This document shows, piece by piece, positions 1 to 20,765 of a stretch of 64,000 nt of DNA. The stretch comes from Balanoglossus misakiensis (lineage: Eukaryota > Animalia > Hemichordata), in NCBI GenBank assembly GCA_040954595.2, contig CM082598.2, positions 2,857,054 to 2,921,053 on the forward strand, in the 5' to 3' direction. The notes beneath the pieces are model-generated. The model was not told the DNA's origin. It made no database searches and was given only the letters and a program-made list of their open reading frames with translations. Both the position numbers and the translations under genes were made by a program. Within the stretch, counting starts at the first letter, position 1, and every line of letters begins with the position of its first letter.

Positions 1-1440
1 TCAGATGAGCTTTGCTTCAGTCCGTATTGGTCTGTACGACCCTGTCAAACAGCTTTACCAGAACGCCACTCAGCAAGGTGGGATTCTGTTTCATAAAACT
101 CCATTTTTGCTTGCAATTGTTTCGTTAAAAAATGGTAATTTCATTAAAGTTTCTCAGTAAAACATCATTGTTGGCTCTGGTGCTAGAGTGAATGGTCCGT
201 CGAATACTGGGCGAACAGTATTGTCCAGTATTCCAACATTTTAACCCCCCTCCACATGACAAAAATTAACTTGAAATTGTCGATTTTATTTTTCTAGTTC
301 TCCCAGCTGGAAGTGTTGTGACTAGGATCATGGCCGGAGTAACTACAGGCGCCATGGCGGTGTCGCTAGCCCAGCCCACAGATGTGGTCAAAGTGAGGCT
401 TCAAGCACAGAGTAATGTCAACGGGTCTGTGGCAAGATACACAGGCGCTATTCACGCTTACAAGACCATCGGGCGCGAGGAAGGGATGCGAGGCTTATGG
501 AAAGGTGAGTGGCGTATCCTATTAACGAAGAGGAATTCTGAGTACAGTGTTTCCGATAAAACTCTGCCTATCGATTGAAACTTGAATAAGTTGCATGTAC
601 TAAGTAAGTTAGGTGTGTTAGTCTCTTCAACCACGTAAGGTAATACGCTTTTTTATTACATACAAAAAACACACAATCACATCTGACAAAATCTCATTCT
701 TTTGACAGGGTGTCTACCAAACATAACCCGCAACAGCGTCGTCAACGCAACGGAATTGGTCTGCTATGACTTGGTCAAAGAGAAGATACTGAAACTCGGG
801 CTGCTCTCGGACAATCTGCCTTGCCACTTCACCTCGGCAATCAGCGCAGGTTTTGTAACCACCTGCGTGGCGTCGCCCGTGGACGTGGTCAAGACTCGCT
901 TCATGAACTCCAGAAAGGGCCAATACAAGGGCGCACTGGACTGCGCGGTCAGGATGTTTAAGGAAGGAGGACCCAAGGCTTTCTATAAAGGGTGAGCGTT
1001 TCACTGTGTAATACTTCCACACCAGCCGGGCATGCGCATTAACTTGAATTTGTGCATGCTGTCTTTTACGGAGTCGCCATACGCAGACGGTATAACTTTA
1101 AGAAAAGTAAAGAAAAAAAGGGAAGAGAATGGTCACTATGCTTAGAATGTTATATTTTAAAGTGTTTATTGCTTTATAGGTTTGGTCAACAATTCAGTTC
1201 GAATATAACAGATTTTATCCTACACTATTTATTATCGCTAAGTTGGTTCCTACTACATGTACTTTTACTAGCAGAGCTTCTGTATTAAATCACTCGCATT
1301 TTTTTGTCTCTCAAAGGTTCGTTCCCTCGTTTACCAGGCTGGGTTCGTGGAACGTGTTCATGTTCGTGTTCTACGAGCAACTGAAGCGGGGTTTCACGCA
1401 CGCATCGATAGCGTACGACAACAGAAAAAATACCCTGTGA
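1..1440 (+). CDS. UCP2: Mitochondrial uncoupling protein, UCP2/3-like (SLC25); 5' truncated by the window
   Basis: Exons ~1-77, ~298-504, 709-991, 1317-1440 with GT-AG ends. Peptides [59 protein letters not shown] and [24 protein letters not shown] match the vertebrate UCP2/3 pattern and the Px[DE]xx[KR] carrier motifs. Stop TGA at 1438-1440. Confidence 0.93.
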
Positions 1441-2692
1441 GTCCTGGTTGTGGACCGAACTCCTCGTCCGTTCCGGCCACCAGTGGGAGTGAACCGGATA
1501 CCCGTAATGGCGCACAAGGAGCTCGTGCGCTTGCAAGTTCGGCTTCGACTGCGCTTTACCAAGATTTTCCTTGTAGTCAAACAAACCCTCAATTTTGTAT
1601 TACTTATTTAACTGCAACATTGTTTTTAGCTGAAAGGAAAATGGGAGATATTCTTGTTTGTCTATTTTAGTTTGAAATCTTTGAAATCCTAAAAGCGCAC
1701 CATGGCCTAATAGATTAGGCTAGTAACAGTTCCAAGATTTAGAGAAAAACACTAGTCGCAATGAAATAAAAAGATTTACAGATAATTAGTATTATTTACA
1801 CATGACACGTGACTTGTTTATTGTACCGCACATTCTGATAACACGAGTTTGTCATCTGTGAAGTTTCCTCATGTTCATAGACGGCTGATTTCGGTACGAT
1901 CCAGATAAACTTCAGGGCATAGGCTGAGACGGTTTATGATGTAAAATCTTGCAGGAGCATTTATAACACACGCAGACATACACGAAACTACACCTATTAC
2001 CGTCGTCTTGTTAGAGTGTCATAGATACTGCCATAACATTTTGATTTAGTTTTGTCATTTTTTGGGCAATGTCAACTCACAAACTTATAAATATGTTTAT
2101 GATTTTCTAGAGTAGGTTTGTTCAAGTTTGTTGTCTGTCCTCACTATTTTAGTACACGAAAATTGATTTTATTTGAGTCTGAGAGAATGACGCACTCTGA
2201 TTGGGCCATATCCACTGACGTAACAACCGAACTTTTCTTACTCAGGTTTATAACATTTACGCATGCGTGGCGACATTGAAGTTTTTGAATGTCATATCAA
2301 CTTTTAAATTATAACACTGGGCAAATGGTATAAATGTAGTGATTTTATTCATTGTTTTGCGTCATGTACCAGTGTGTACTACATTTTTCTCTCCAGAAAA
2401 TGTATATTTATCGAAATAACTTTTATAGACCCTGGCGCTGAAGTGTCTTGGGGTCGCAGAAATCTGTAGAAGATTCTTTTTACGCGAACATCTAACTTTT
2501 TGCTGTAAATAATGTAAATATATATGCCATATCTTTCTTTATGATTACTTCGCAGGACAAAAATGTCTTATAGTAAAGATTATATCTTGCTCAACTTAAG
2601 AGTGTTTCTCGTTGTTTATTGCGTTCTGATCCTGCGTGTGTGTGTGAAATCGAGAATGATTCGTGTTTAATTATGTGAAAACTGCTTTGGCC

Positions 2693-2700
2693 TATATAAA
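2693..2700 (+). promoter_or_regulatory. Candidate TATA box for the SLC5 gene
   Basis: TATATAAA ~750 nt upstream of the SLC5 ATG. A donor GGGTAAGT at ~3066 and an acceptor at ~3427 could define a 5' UTR intron. Confidence 0.3.
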
Positions 2701-3225
2701 CGCGCCACCAACGACGGTCAACGGTTTCTCTCGTTCCACTTTGTAACCTCTAGTGACCTCTTCGGACAGAGTGCCTGTTTCTTCTTTTGTTTTTATTCTG
2801 ATGAAACTTTATAGTCACAGAAACAGCAATCTGGCAAACCAACGACTGATCTATGCTTTTATGAATTTTATCGTTGTGTGCATATAAGACAGACATGTTA
2901 ACCACCCCTATATCATAATAGAATATACCATGTGAGACATAATGAACTTTCTATTTAGAGTATTACACTACTGCACACTGTTAAAACGAGGTCGACTTAT
3001 ATATTCAGGGTGTGTGTTGAATGTATCGTGTTTTTCCTCTACTCGTGGTGAAGCTACGACAAACTGGGTAAGTTGGGGTTTTTGTCAAACCAGTGACAGT
3101 TTTACAACACTATATTGGATGTGACAGACAGCCATTACATTCACTGAGTTGATCTTTGAAATTAAATGACCTTGTACACTATGAACACAGCATGAACTGT
3201 GTAAATAATCTGCCCTAGTTTTGCG

Positions 3226-3402
<177 letters not shown>

Positions 3403-3448
3403 TATGCATGTGTTTTATTGTTCATAGCCACAAGCTCACCACTGAAAC

Positions 3449-6400
3449 ATGGCCGTCACAACACACTCTGCAACCAATCCAGCCACTCTTCCACCTGATG
3501 TCAGCAATGATATCAATGACTACATTCAGGTAATATTTCTCTCTCTCTTTACTTTACTTTACGCCTGTTTTCATGACAATAAGCAGGGTTTTTTTAGCGA
3601 CTGTTTTGGTGAAAGATGGCTGGCATAATGCTAGTCACTTGTCATAATTATTATAACCTTGGGTGTGTGTCAGCTTTTCGTTTCCTGAATTTGACTAATG
3701 ATGAATAAATAAGCAACTATTAAAATTAATGAAGCTAAATATAAAGCATTGGGTTTTATTGCGATACATAGTTAAACTAGCCCGTTAGAGTATGCAGTAG
3801 GTATTATATGAACAACATGTTGGTTATATTTTCATAATTTTCACTTGGGTCTAAATACCCAGTATTTTCTGTGAGATAGCAAAGCTTTTGCAAAACGTTT
3901 GACCCCTGACCTTTTCAGAGACTCCACAGTCCTTTTTGGGTCAAAGGTCACAGTCATCCTCTCTGCCACAGTCAGTGTGGGTCCTATATGACACACTATT
4001 GGTACTTACATTTAAAAGTTACCAAGTATCTTGTAACTGAGTGATATAGTTTCCGAAAAAGTAGTAAAGGAATTTTTTCGCTTAGAAAGGTACTGTTTAA
4101 TAATGATTTACCCTTTTTTGACAGGATCTCAATATTCATCAAGCCTATAAAATGTTTGTAGTCTGGGATTATTTAGCGTTAATAGTGTACTTTATCCTGG
4201 TGGTTGGAGTTGGAATATGGGTGAGTACTTGTTTATTTTCCTTTATGTTTTTTGACCAGCCTAAATGTGACAGCTGTTTTATTTTTAATACCCTCACTAC
4301 AAATTTTGATCCAGGATTTGTCAACATATAACAATTTCCTTTTCAAATTTTGAATTTTTATGGAGATTTTTATTCTCTCTCTCTTTTTGCATGTTACACT
4401 TACAGTCAATGAAAGGCCATGACAGATCAAATGTCTCTGGTTATTTCCTGGCCGGTAAAAACATGATATGGTTCATGGTGAGTATGTTAACATGGTATGT
4501 TTCACATTAATTATGTGCAACAGATCATTGACCTTATCAGTATGCATGTGGTATATGACATTTAACAATTCAAATGAGTGAAGAAATTATTTAAAAATTT
4601 GAATGTCACATTTAATTTATTTGACAATTCAAATTATGCAAAATTCTGCATGAGCTAGCTGTATATGGAAAGCGTCACAGAAATTTTTTTTTTAATATTA
4701 ACTTGAAATTATTTGGGAATGTTGACTAATTGTGTTATAGTAACAAATAATGAAGTATAAGTGAATTTGTATGACAAAAATGGTAAAGTATGTAGAAACA
4801 CATGTACCCATACTGACCCATCAAACAAGAATAATAAACATTTTTTTCTTGTGTCTATGTCAAATATTATAAATTGACTTGATTTTGGTTTAAATTATCT
4901 TCATATAGGTCGGTGGATCCTTATTTTCCAGTAATATTGGCAGCGAGCACTTTGTTGGTTTGGCTGGATCTGGGGCAGCCACTGGAATTGGTATCGGAGC
5001 ATATGAACTCAATGTGAGTCAGATAATATTGGCCTGTAATAAAAAGAAGTAATTATAAGACCAAAATAAAACTCATTATGCATGTCCTGTAACATGTCCT
5101 TCTGAAACAGGGCAGATCTGTCTGCCAAAGGTAGTGACAGATAAAAACTATTGCATATTTATAGAAATGTGCATATTTTAATTTTCCATGAACCTTGAAA
5201 AGTATTATTATATTCCAGCTCATTGTATTGATACAGAACAATTTTATTGAAACACCAATTCTTGGTTTGGTTGATCGTAAATATATATAATTATGAATTT
5301 TTGATTCTGTCTTTCAAATCTAATTAAAACAGAACACCCATATGATAATGAGCAGAGAGATATTTGGTGTATATTTAGAAGTTTACAATGACACAGCATA
5401 AAAAATATTCCACTCTAAATATTTGTATTTTTCTGCAGGCTATGTATTTGCTACAGCTCTTAGGATGGGTGTTCTTGCCAGTGTATATTGCAGGATTTGT
5501 AAGTTTTACACATTTTACATCATGGGTGACTTGTAGATTTTGTGAATATCTTGCCACATACCTTCATTCATACATTAACTCACTCACTCACTCACTCATT
5601 CACTCACTCATTCACTCTCTCAGTCATAACATCCCTCTTTCCTCGTTCGTTCGTTCGTTCATTCATTCATTCATTCATTCATTTAACTTGCAAATGGCAA
5701 TGATTAAACTGATAACATGAATTTTCCAATGTATGAGAGATACTGAGAGAGAGGTGAGATTATCAGCATAAGTTTTAGCAACTGAATTACCATTTGGACC
5801 AAACCATGGTGATGAAAATACGAATATTTTTTCAGTGCTACACTATGCCCGAGTACTTGAAGAAAAGATTTGGTGGCCAAAGGATACGAACCTACATAGC
5901 TTGTCTGTCTCTGGTCCTCTACGTACTTGTGAAAATATCGGTGAGTTGAATAATGAACGTCAGTCAGTATAATTGCTTTCTGTTGATATTTTTAAGAAGT
6001 TTTAAGTAATAAATAAATAGGATTGATGCAGTTTGGCTTGAACTTGCAGTATGCAGTAAATGATCTTGACAATGAAGCTGATGTGTTCTGTAGAATGAAA
6101 TATTTCACTTCTTTTTTCCAACAGGTTGATATTTACTCAGCCTCATTATTTATTCAAGTTGTGATTGGCTGGAACCTTTATGCCTCTGTAGCTGCCATAT
6201 TGGTTCTTACAGCAATATACGCTGTCACTGGTAGGTACATGTACTACTGTGTGTGCTAGCCTTGCCATCAAAATATATTCACCTAATTTCTCTATATTGC
6301 CAGGAGCATAGTTTTATATTGTACACTACAGCAAGCAGAGATGTAACTTTCTGTATTGTACAATGTGCAGAGTCGACCCATAAGTATGCAAATTTTAGAC

Positions 6401-8477
6401 ACACACACTTGTTTTATTTTCCAGTAACTATCAAAAAACTACAACAAATTTTGTCTTTGTGAAACCTAATTTTTGATATATTTTTTCTGTTGTTTCAAGG
6501 TGGATTAGCTGCTGTTATCTACACAGACACATTGCAAACGATACTGATTGTTTTTGGAGCTCTGTTCCTGATGGTCTACAGTAAGTTTCATTGTTCAGTA
6601 TGTGTGTACGCACTGGATGTAGAAATAAAACTACAGACAGGTACCAGTACCTTATATATAGAATTTCCTGACCAATAAACAGAAAGAGAAAATGAGAGAG
6701 AGAAAAATGGAACATTGCTACTTCAGGTTGGTGCACAGAAACTAAGCCACTTCTGAACCAAAATCTAAGAATTTACTGACCTAGTAAATCTCAAACATAG
6801 AAGATAAGAAAACAGGGCTTAACATAACCATTAACCCTTTTACCCCAAGTTTCCTCTATAGAGGTCCAACTTAACCATAGACTACAATGGATCTGGACCG
6901 AACCATTGTGGTGAAAGGGTTGACTCTTGCTTGAAATGTAGACCAAGCCAGAGAGCGCGCACACACTTGTACCGGTATAACTCTTCTATAGGAGTGTACC
7001 CCCTGGGCCAAGTATTGGTCAATACAGGAGCAAATACGTTTTCATGGAGAATTCTTATTGCGTTATATTTTACAGGTTTGGTTGCGGTTGGTGGCTTTGA
7101 GGGTCTGTACCACGGCTACATGTCAGCTGTTCCGAACACAACATTGCTGGGTTTAACAGAGTGCGGCTATCCTCGCCACGACTCTTTCAAAATGCTCCGT
7201 TCCCCTGACGACGACATCCTACCATGGACTGGGTTTTTTCTTGGTCAGACAACTGCTTCGATTTGGTACTGGTGTGCTGATCAGGTATGCATGCGTACCC
7301 TATAACCAGCATGGTTTGGTCCAAACCCATTGATTTCTATGGTATAGATGGACCTCTTCACAGACGAATGGGGTGAAAGGGTTATTAGTCAGTTTAGCCT
7401 CATATACTGGTGAGGCCAAACTCACACCGGTATAATGTGTGCTATTTTTTGTTACCACATACTTGTACTTCTTGTTTAATAATACACTTATATAAATACT
7501 TGTATTAATTGATTTTGCAATTTATACTTTAAAGGTAATTGTTCAACGAGCCCTTTCTGCGAAGTCACTGTCTCACGGCCAAGGTGGGACTCTAATGGCG
7601 GGTTATCTGAAGATACTTCCAACATTCATGTTTGTCATCCCTGGTATGATCAGCAGGATTTTATTCACAGGTAAACAGTATATGCCTATTGACCGGCCAG
7701 TGAGGGGAATAGTATATGGCTGTCTGCCCCAGGGAATGTGGGTCACCCCCCCCCAAAAAAAAAAAATGGTATGCTCCTTGAGACTGAAGGTTTTGGGAAA
7801 CAGACTATATTTTGGGGCGAGACACTTTCCTGAGGGGGGGGGGGGGGACATATGTGGTGCTGTTACTCGAATATGAGGGTGATGTCATTTTTGTCTCTGT
7901 TTACAGATGCTGTGGCGTGTATTTCACCAGACGCGTGTGAGAAGATTTGTAATAACCGTGTCAGTTGCTCAAATATTGCTTATCCATTACTTGTGACAAA
8001 CCTACTACCCGATGGTAAGATGACATGTTCACTGATGTGTTGACTAGGATGTGTACAAAAAAATAATAATCAATTCACCCTTTTTCCATGTATTTGGGAA
8101 CAACTACATTGAACCATATATTGCCAACAGAAGGGATAATATTTGCTGGCCAGTGAAAATACTTAGGTCTAACAGTCATGAACTTAGATTGAGTTGACAA
8201 AGCAAATGTTGACGACTTTAATATTTTTTCTTGTTTCCAGGATTTCGTGGTCTGATGTTGGCAGTTATGTTGGCAGCCTTGATGAGTTCACTGTCCTCAA
8301 TATGCAACAGTGCAAGTACAGTGTTTACTTTGGATATCTGGAGTGTTGTCAGAAAACAGGCCTCGGAGAGAGAGAAAATGATTGTGGGCAGGTAAAGTGA
8401 TGGCGTGGTTGTATTTCAGGGGCCAGGTCTGGTGTTTTATATCACATGAAATGTCAGACACACACACACACTCTCAC

Positions 8478-8560
<83 letters not shown>

Positions 8561-9934
8561 CTTGTTTACAGGGTATTGGTGTTTGTGTTGTTGTTTGTCA
8601 GTATTCTCTGGATCCCGGTTGTCGAGGCGAATCAGGGCGGAATGTTGTTCATTTACATACAGACCATGACCGGATACCTGACTCCGCCCATCTGTGCCGT
8701 GTTTCTGGGTGGAATTCTCTGGAAGAGAATTAATGAACAGGTGAGACGTGTGTACATGTATTTGAGTGTTCTAAAGAACACATAGCGGCGCTCTTTTTTA
8801 TCTGTGATTGGCGCGCTAGATCTCAATTTCCATTGTAGCTGTAACTATCTAAATTTGCATAGCTGGCCTTATAGCTTTAAGAAACTGCAATCTTCTATGA
8901 CTAGGAATATGGTATAATCATGAAAATATTTCTGTTCACTTTGTACCGTACAGGGAGCATTTTGGAGTCTGATTGTTGGAATCATCATCGGATTAATCAG
9001 AATCATTTTAGACTTTGCATATCCGGCTCCTACTAACTGTGATGAAGACACTCGACCGCCCGTAGTTGCACTGAACTTCATGTATTTTGCATTGATTCTG
9101 TTTTGGATCTGTGTGATCGTCATGGTGACTGTAAGCCTACTGACGGAACCCATACCTGAAAATAGGGTAAGTGTGTTCTTGTATTTGGATAAAAAACTTT
9201 TAAACCTGAGCTCAGTACAGTTCTCATTTTCAGAATGTCTGTTGATCAACCATGTCAATCATTGTACAAAAAGCTGCAACTTTTAAGATTATCTGCATTA
9301 GCTGCAACTTGCAGAGACTAAATCAATGAATCTTTTATCTCAAACAACAGATTCTGCGACTGACATTTTGGACACGGCACAGCCAGGAGAGATATGAAGA
9401 GTTCCCGGAATCTAGTGGGAGAGACAAGTACGAAATGAATGTAGATCAAAGTGGTGTTGAAAATAAGCAAGATAACGAGACAGTGGAGGATGAGAAAGAC
9501 AGAGAGACGACAGAATCATCCATGAAAGAGCAAGTGGATACCAAAGGTATGAGAACACGCTTTTGATATTTTTCTGTTCTGTTATTTTTATGTACAATTT
9601 ACGTCATGTTTCTTTGGTCTTCATTGCCGATATTTTTTTTTAAATTTCAGGTGATGAAAATCTTGTGGAAGGAAGTGAAAGTACTATAAGAACTCAGGAG
9701 TCAGATAAACCACACTCCATGCTAGTCAAGTGTTTTATTTGGTTTTGCGGTTTCCAGTCTGAAGAGATTCTCTCAAGCGAACACCAAGCTGAATTGGAAC
9801 ACAGACTCACTTCCATTGAACAAACAAGAAAAGAAAAAATTATTTTGAATATTAATCTGGCTATCATTTTATGCGTAGGCATCTTCTTGTTCATTTACTT
9901 CACATTCCTTTGGGTGAGACCATTTATGAAATAG
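3449..9934 (+). CDS. Sodium/myo-inositol cotransporter-like (SLC5 / SSS family, closest to SLC5A3/SMIT1)
   Basis: About 16 exons starting [10 protein letters not shown] (3449-3529), then ~4126-4220, 4405-4477, 4909-5013, 5439-5498, 5836-5940, 6125-6230, 6500-6581, 7075-7284, 7535-7670, 7907-8014, 8241-8391, 8572-8740, 8954-9166, 9350-9546, 9651-9934. Motifs [53 protein letters not shown] and [27 protein letters not shown]-terminal TM segment ends at TAG 9934. Confidence 0.9.
6831..6923 (+). mobile_element. piggyBac-like MITE (family A), ~90 bp
   Basis: TTAA-CCCTTTTACC...GGTGAAAGGG-TTGA termini. Same internal sequence (gaggtccaact..ccatag..aatggat.tggacc.aacca) as copies at 23975 and 39623. 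Confidence 0.75.
7296..7385 (-). mobile_element. MITE family A copy (reverse orientation)
   Basis: catggtttggtccaaacccattg...tggacctc...ggggtgaaagggtta is the reverse complement of family A. Confidence 0.7.
8460..8553. repeat. (CA)n/(CT)n microsatellite in an SLC5 intron
   Basis: Directly visible. It forms part of the polypyrimidine tract before the acceptor at ~8571. Confidence 0.97.
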
Positions 9935-11553
9935 GGGTTGCCAAATATACTTTAACATTCTTTGGGTTAGAGTGTTTATAAAATAGGGGTTGTCAAACAA
10001 TCCTGTCATGAGCAATATAGAAATATTGTCCATTCTTAATTTACAAATAGTGAGAAAGGACAATGTCACATATCAAGTATATAATGTCTTCCAATTAAAT
10101 ATGACGCCTGAGGCTGTTGTTTGTTTAGTACATTGTGTCATTGAAATTTTTGAGAATACAATTACAAATGGTCTACAATTTATTTAATGTAGCACACCAT
10201 ACACCCTTTGTAATTATCTCTTATAATTAGGAAATAAAGTGTTATGATACTAAGAGCACTTTAGAAAATTAATATATCAGAAAAGTTTGACTTTCAATCA
10301 TATTTTGCGAGGAGATATTATTTTTGTCTAAACCCATGAAAATTCACGTATGTTACGTGGAATACTAAAATTCCGTCGTTGAGGGCGGTAGAGTTGGTGC
10401 TTGACTTCCATGCAACCCGGAAGTACGCGTAACTTTGGCCAGATTTTGCTCCTTTTAGAGACTTTTATTAGTAATTTGGCTGAGCGTTGAGGACTGCTGC
10501 TGCGTAGAAGGGTTAGGCGTCGACAGGAATTGAACAAGAGGCCGCACTGGTACGTTCCGGGACATTGGTCGTCAACTAAGTTATGCATACGCGCTACCTG
10601 ATGCAGACGACGCTAGACATGATTTGGCGTATTTGTCCTGTTTACACCAGTTTATTGACATGTTTTGCTGACGTACATGATGTGTAGCGTATTTCAAGCC
10701 CAGAAACGTCGACGTTTACCATGGCCCTGATACATAACTGGTTAGTATATATCTTATATAGTCTCGCTGCTTTAGTCAGTGCAGTAACTATGCGTTGTTA
10801 TGGTGATTCATGAAATAGAGCAGACGACAAGTACGTGTCGGCCATGACCGGAAGGAAACATACACACCACAAATATATTTTTGAACAAATTAATAAGTTA
10901 CCCCATTATTTTAGAATCATTTTGAAACAGTTTGCATTTGTTTTACTTCTAATTTCCCCCCATTTTCTTTAAAATTCATATTTTATAATTATGTGCATAA
11001 ATTATGCTAATTCGTCATAAAATATTTGACGGAGCAGGCTAACTAAACTTGCAAGAATAATAAGTACTGTTTTTACGAGAACAAATGGGACTGAATTTCT
11101 TTCGCGTGTAGTCGCAAGAAAATGGGATAACTTCTTCACTTTCATATTCAAGCATTGGGCATGTCACTCATATTGTATGTACAGAGGCATCATGATCGTG
11201 TCTCATTCTTTTAATCATGAATCGAAACTGTAATCTGTCAATCTACTGAAGACCAGTCCAGTAAACTTGGACAAAATGCGTATATTTACTCTTGTTGTTG
11301 TTGTTGTTGTTTTGGAGGGTTTCTGTAATATCTCCCAGTCTCCAGATCAAAATAACATACATGTATTTTCTAATTGCTTTGAACACAGATTAATATTAAC
11401 TGACTAGTGGTAGTGCACATTGCGAAATTAACAATTTTACCAAACATATCTCTGTAAGCTGTATAGCTATTTATCGAGTTGAATTTTACAGTAAGAATAT
11501 TTCAGTTGAATATGATAATGGCGCGGGTGGGTCCTCTCTGTGAATTGTGTCCT

Positions 11554-18448
<6,895 letters not shown>

Positions 18449-18680
18449 GTTCAATCCAAGTCCAATGCAGTCTCCAAGTCAGTTCAGTCCAGTGACAGCC
18501 CGAAAAGTGTGGCTCCGTCCCTTTAACTCGCAAATCCCTGATTCGGCGAGTCTTTCAAACAAGAAGTGTTAAAAGCCGGCGGAGTCGAAATATTTGTTTT
18601 AACTTTTTCTGTCAGTGCCTGGTGTAGGTTGGTAGTGGTGACTTGCCGTTCTCGTAATCGCGCGTCCTTCCAACGCGCCC

Positions 18681-19040
18681 TTTTTATATTCCTATTTTAA
18701 TAAATCTCACGCATTGTTCTCCACGTAGGCACGTTGCATTATGAATAGTATACTTAGGTCTTGCTTAAATATCAGGAAGTGACCCGCCTTTGCTGCTCTG
18801 ATGAATTGACGCTCTTTAAGGTGTCGCGGGTGCATAAGCTTGCAAGGAGCCACGGGATGTCCGTCTCGTTTCCTGGTAACGGACGCAACCGCGACGTCAC
18901 CGGTTGCCAAGGCGACTTGATCTTTTATGGGGAAAGTGGGAGATTTTTCTCCCCCCAAATTTTTGGTCGGATACTTTTTGCTTCTGTGTGTGTGGGGGAT
19001 GAAATGACGTCACCGTATTTGGTTACTTTGAGTGACGTCA
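18681..19040 (-). promoter_or_regulatory. TPH proximal promoter: TATA, ETS site, two RFX X-boxes, CREs
   Basis: TATAAAAA on the - strand at 18688-18681, ~235 nt upstream of the inferred ATG. CAGGAAGTG at 18773-18781, GTTTCCTGGTAAC at 18868-18880, GTTGCCAAGGCGAC at 18903-18916, CGACGTCA at 18892, TGACGTCA at 19005 and 19033. Confidence 0.6.
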
Positions 19041-20373
19041 TGACTGAAAAAAATCACGGAATCGGACGATCGGACCTGTTATAGCCAAGTGCAAAATGTA
19101 GTTGTTGGTCAGATTTTGTCAGGTGCATTAAAAAGTATGTCGGAAAGCTGTAGCTTCGTATACCAGAAACAATTTCTGTTCAAATTAAGCCCAAAAACAG
19201 ATTTATTCTGGCCAGGCCTTTCTTTAAAAATGGTGCGGCGACGCGAATTACTTTTACGATTGTCCAATATGATGGCAAACATGGACAGGGACGATGATTA
19301 TAAATGGACAAGGGAACAGACGAAATGACAATGAAACGATGAACCAAGTTTTCTGATGCCCAATGCCTATTAAACGGCCTGTTGCATCTTCGAGGGAAGT
19401 AACACTTCTCCAAAAACGGCCGTCAAAAGTGCCGATTTACGCTGCATGTTTGACGGGAACAAGATGACGTCCAACGAGTTAATTGGTCAGTCTATAAAAA
19501 GATCCGCAAAACGTCGTGGGTTAAAGTTCAAACACGACCCCGTAGGGAGCGAAACGTCAGTCGCTCTTAGAGTACGCACAGCTCTCTAACTTAAATTTAT
19601 TATGACATTTGAGTTAACAAGACGACAAATGAAAAACAATTGCTTCACTTCACTGTTTCAATAAAACACATTAACGAATCTTTTGGGTTTATTGGTCGAG
19701 AGAGACGGTAAAATATCGTTTCGATTACTGTCGACCTTTCCTTGACGTTGGTCAAATATTTTTAGTGTAGTCTATAAAGAATATCTCCATCCCCGTTTTG
19801 AAGTGAAAATAACAAAAAAACGGCAGTTTATTTCAAGCATAATGAAAATGCCTTAGAATGAACAAGATTGAAGTGTGCCATACCTTCTATGCATTGCTGA
19901 TGGCCTCATGTAGTCACATTAATATGTCTTATTCGCTGATCTCATCACTTTATCATTAAACGATTCCCCACTCTATTATATTTGACCATTCCCTAAAAAG
20001 GCCAGAGAGTGGTCACCATGGCAACGTTTCCGTCGCTATGCAGGGCTTCCCCGCCGCTCCTGAATCGAGCATTTGTACGATGGAATGCCATTACAGAGAG
20101 TGTTTGCCGGGCTAATGGCAAGATACTGGGGGATTGGTGGAAAAATTTAATCTTCGCTGCTGCTGACTGATTTCATTTATTGAAGACTTTTGAATTTACG
20201 CACAGTGTCACGTCCATTGCGTGGGAGGGGGTGATGATGGGGAGTGCGTTTGTTACGTGCGCAGGTAGTGTCCGGTGCACAAGTTTCCTCACTTTGTATT
20301 TCACCCTATTTATTGCCAACTTGATGAAAGTAATAGCCACAATATTGGTTGATTATAATGCTTATCGGAACAT

Positions 20374-20499
<126 letters not shown>

Positions 20500-20765
20500 C
20501 GCCGAATATGTAAATAAGTTTATATGTACATGTATCTCAACTCTTAACAATTATTTGTCTGTAAATATATATACATGACTTGTCAGTGTGTTTTGTATGA
20601 TTGTCTTTTCGTGTTATCACGCTTACGGCTTCTGTGACACCAAGTGTATCCTCTTTGAAATATATTTCCAGGTGTATTGAAACAACAATAGGACTGCTGG
20701 ACAGTTAATTGGCAGTGGGTTAATTGTTCGGATTTGTTAGGCAAATTTCAGCGTCTGTTCACAGA

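Noticed and set aside
1347-1670. 107-aa alternative-frame ORF overlapping the UCP stop
   Set aside because: No ATG start or homology evident. It is explained by a GC-rich 3' UTR, and the UCP frame ends normally.
10328-10620. GC-richer stretch with an 86-aa ORF between the convergent SLC5 and TPH genes
   Set aside because: No recognisable domain, splice pattern or RNA structure. Probably 3' UTR or old repeat sequence.
18707-19413. Several 77-107-aa ORFs in the TPH upstream region
   Set aside because: No domain similarity. Better explained as CpG-rich promoter DNA.
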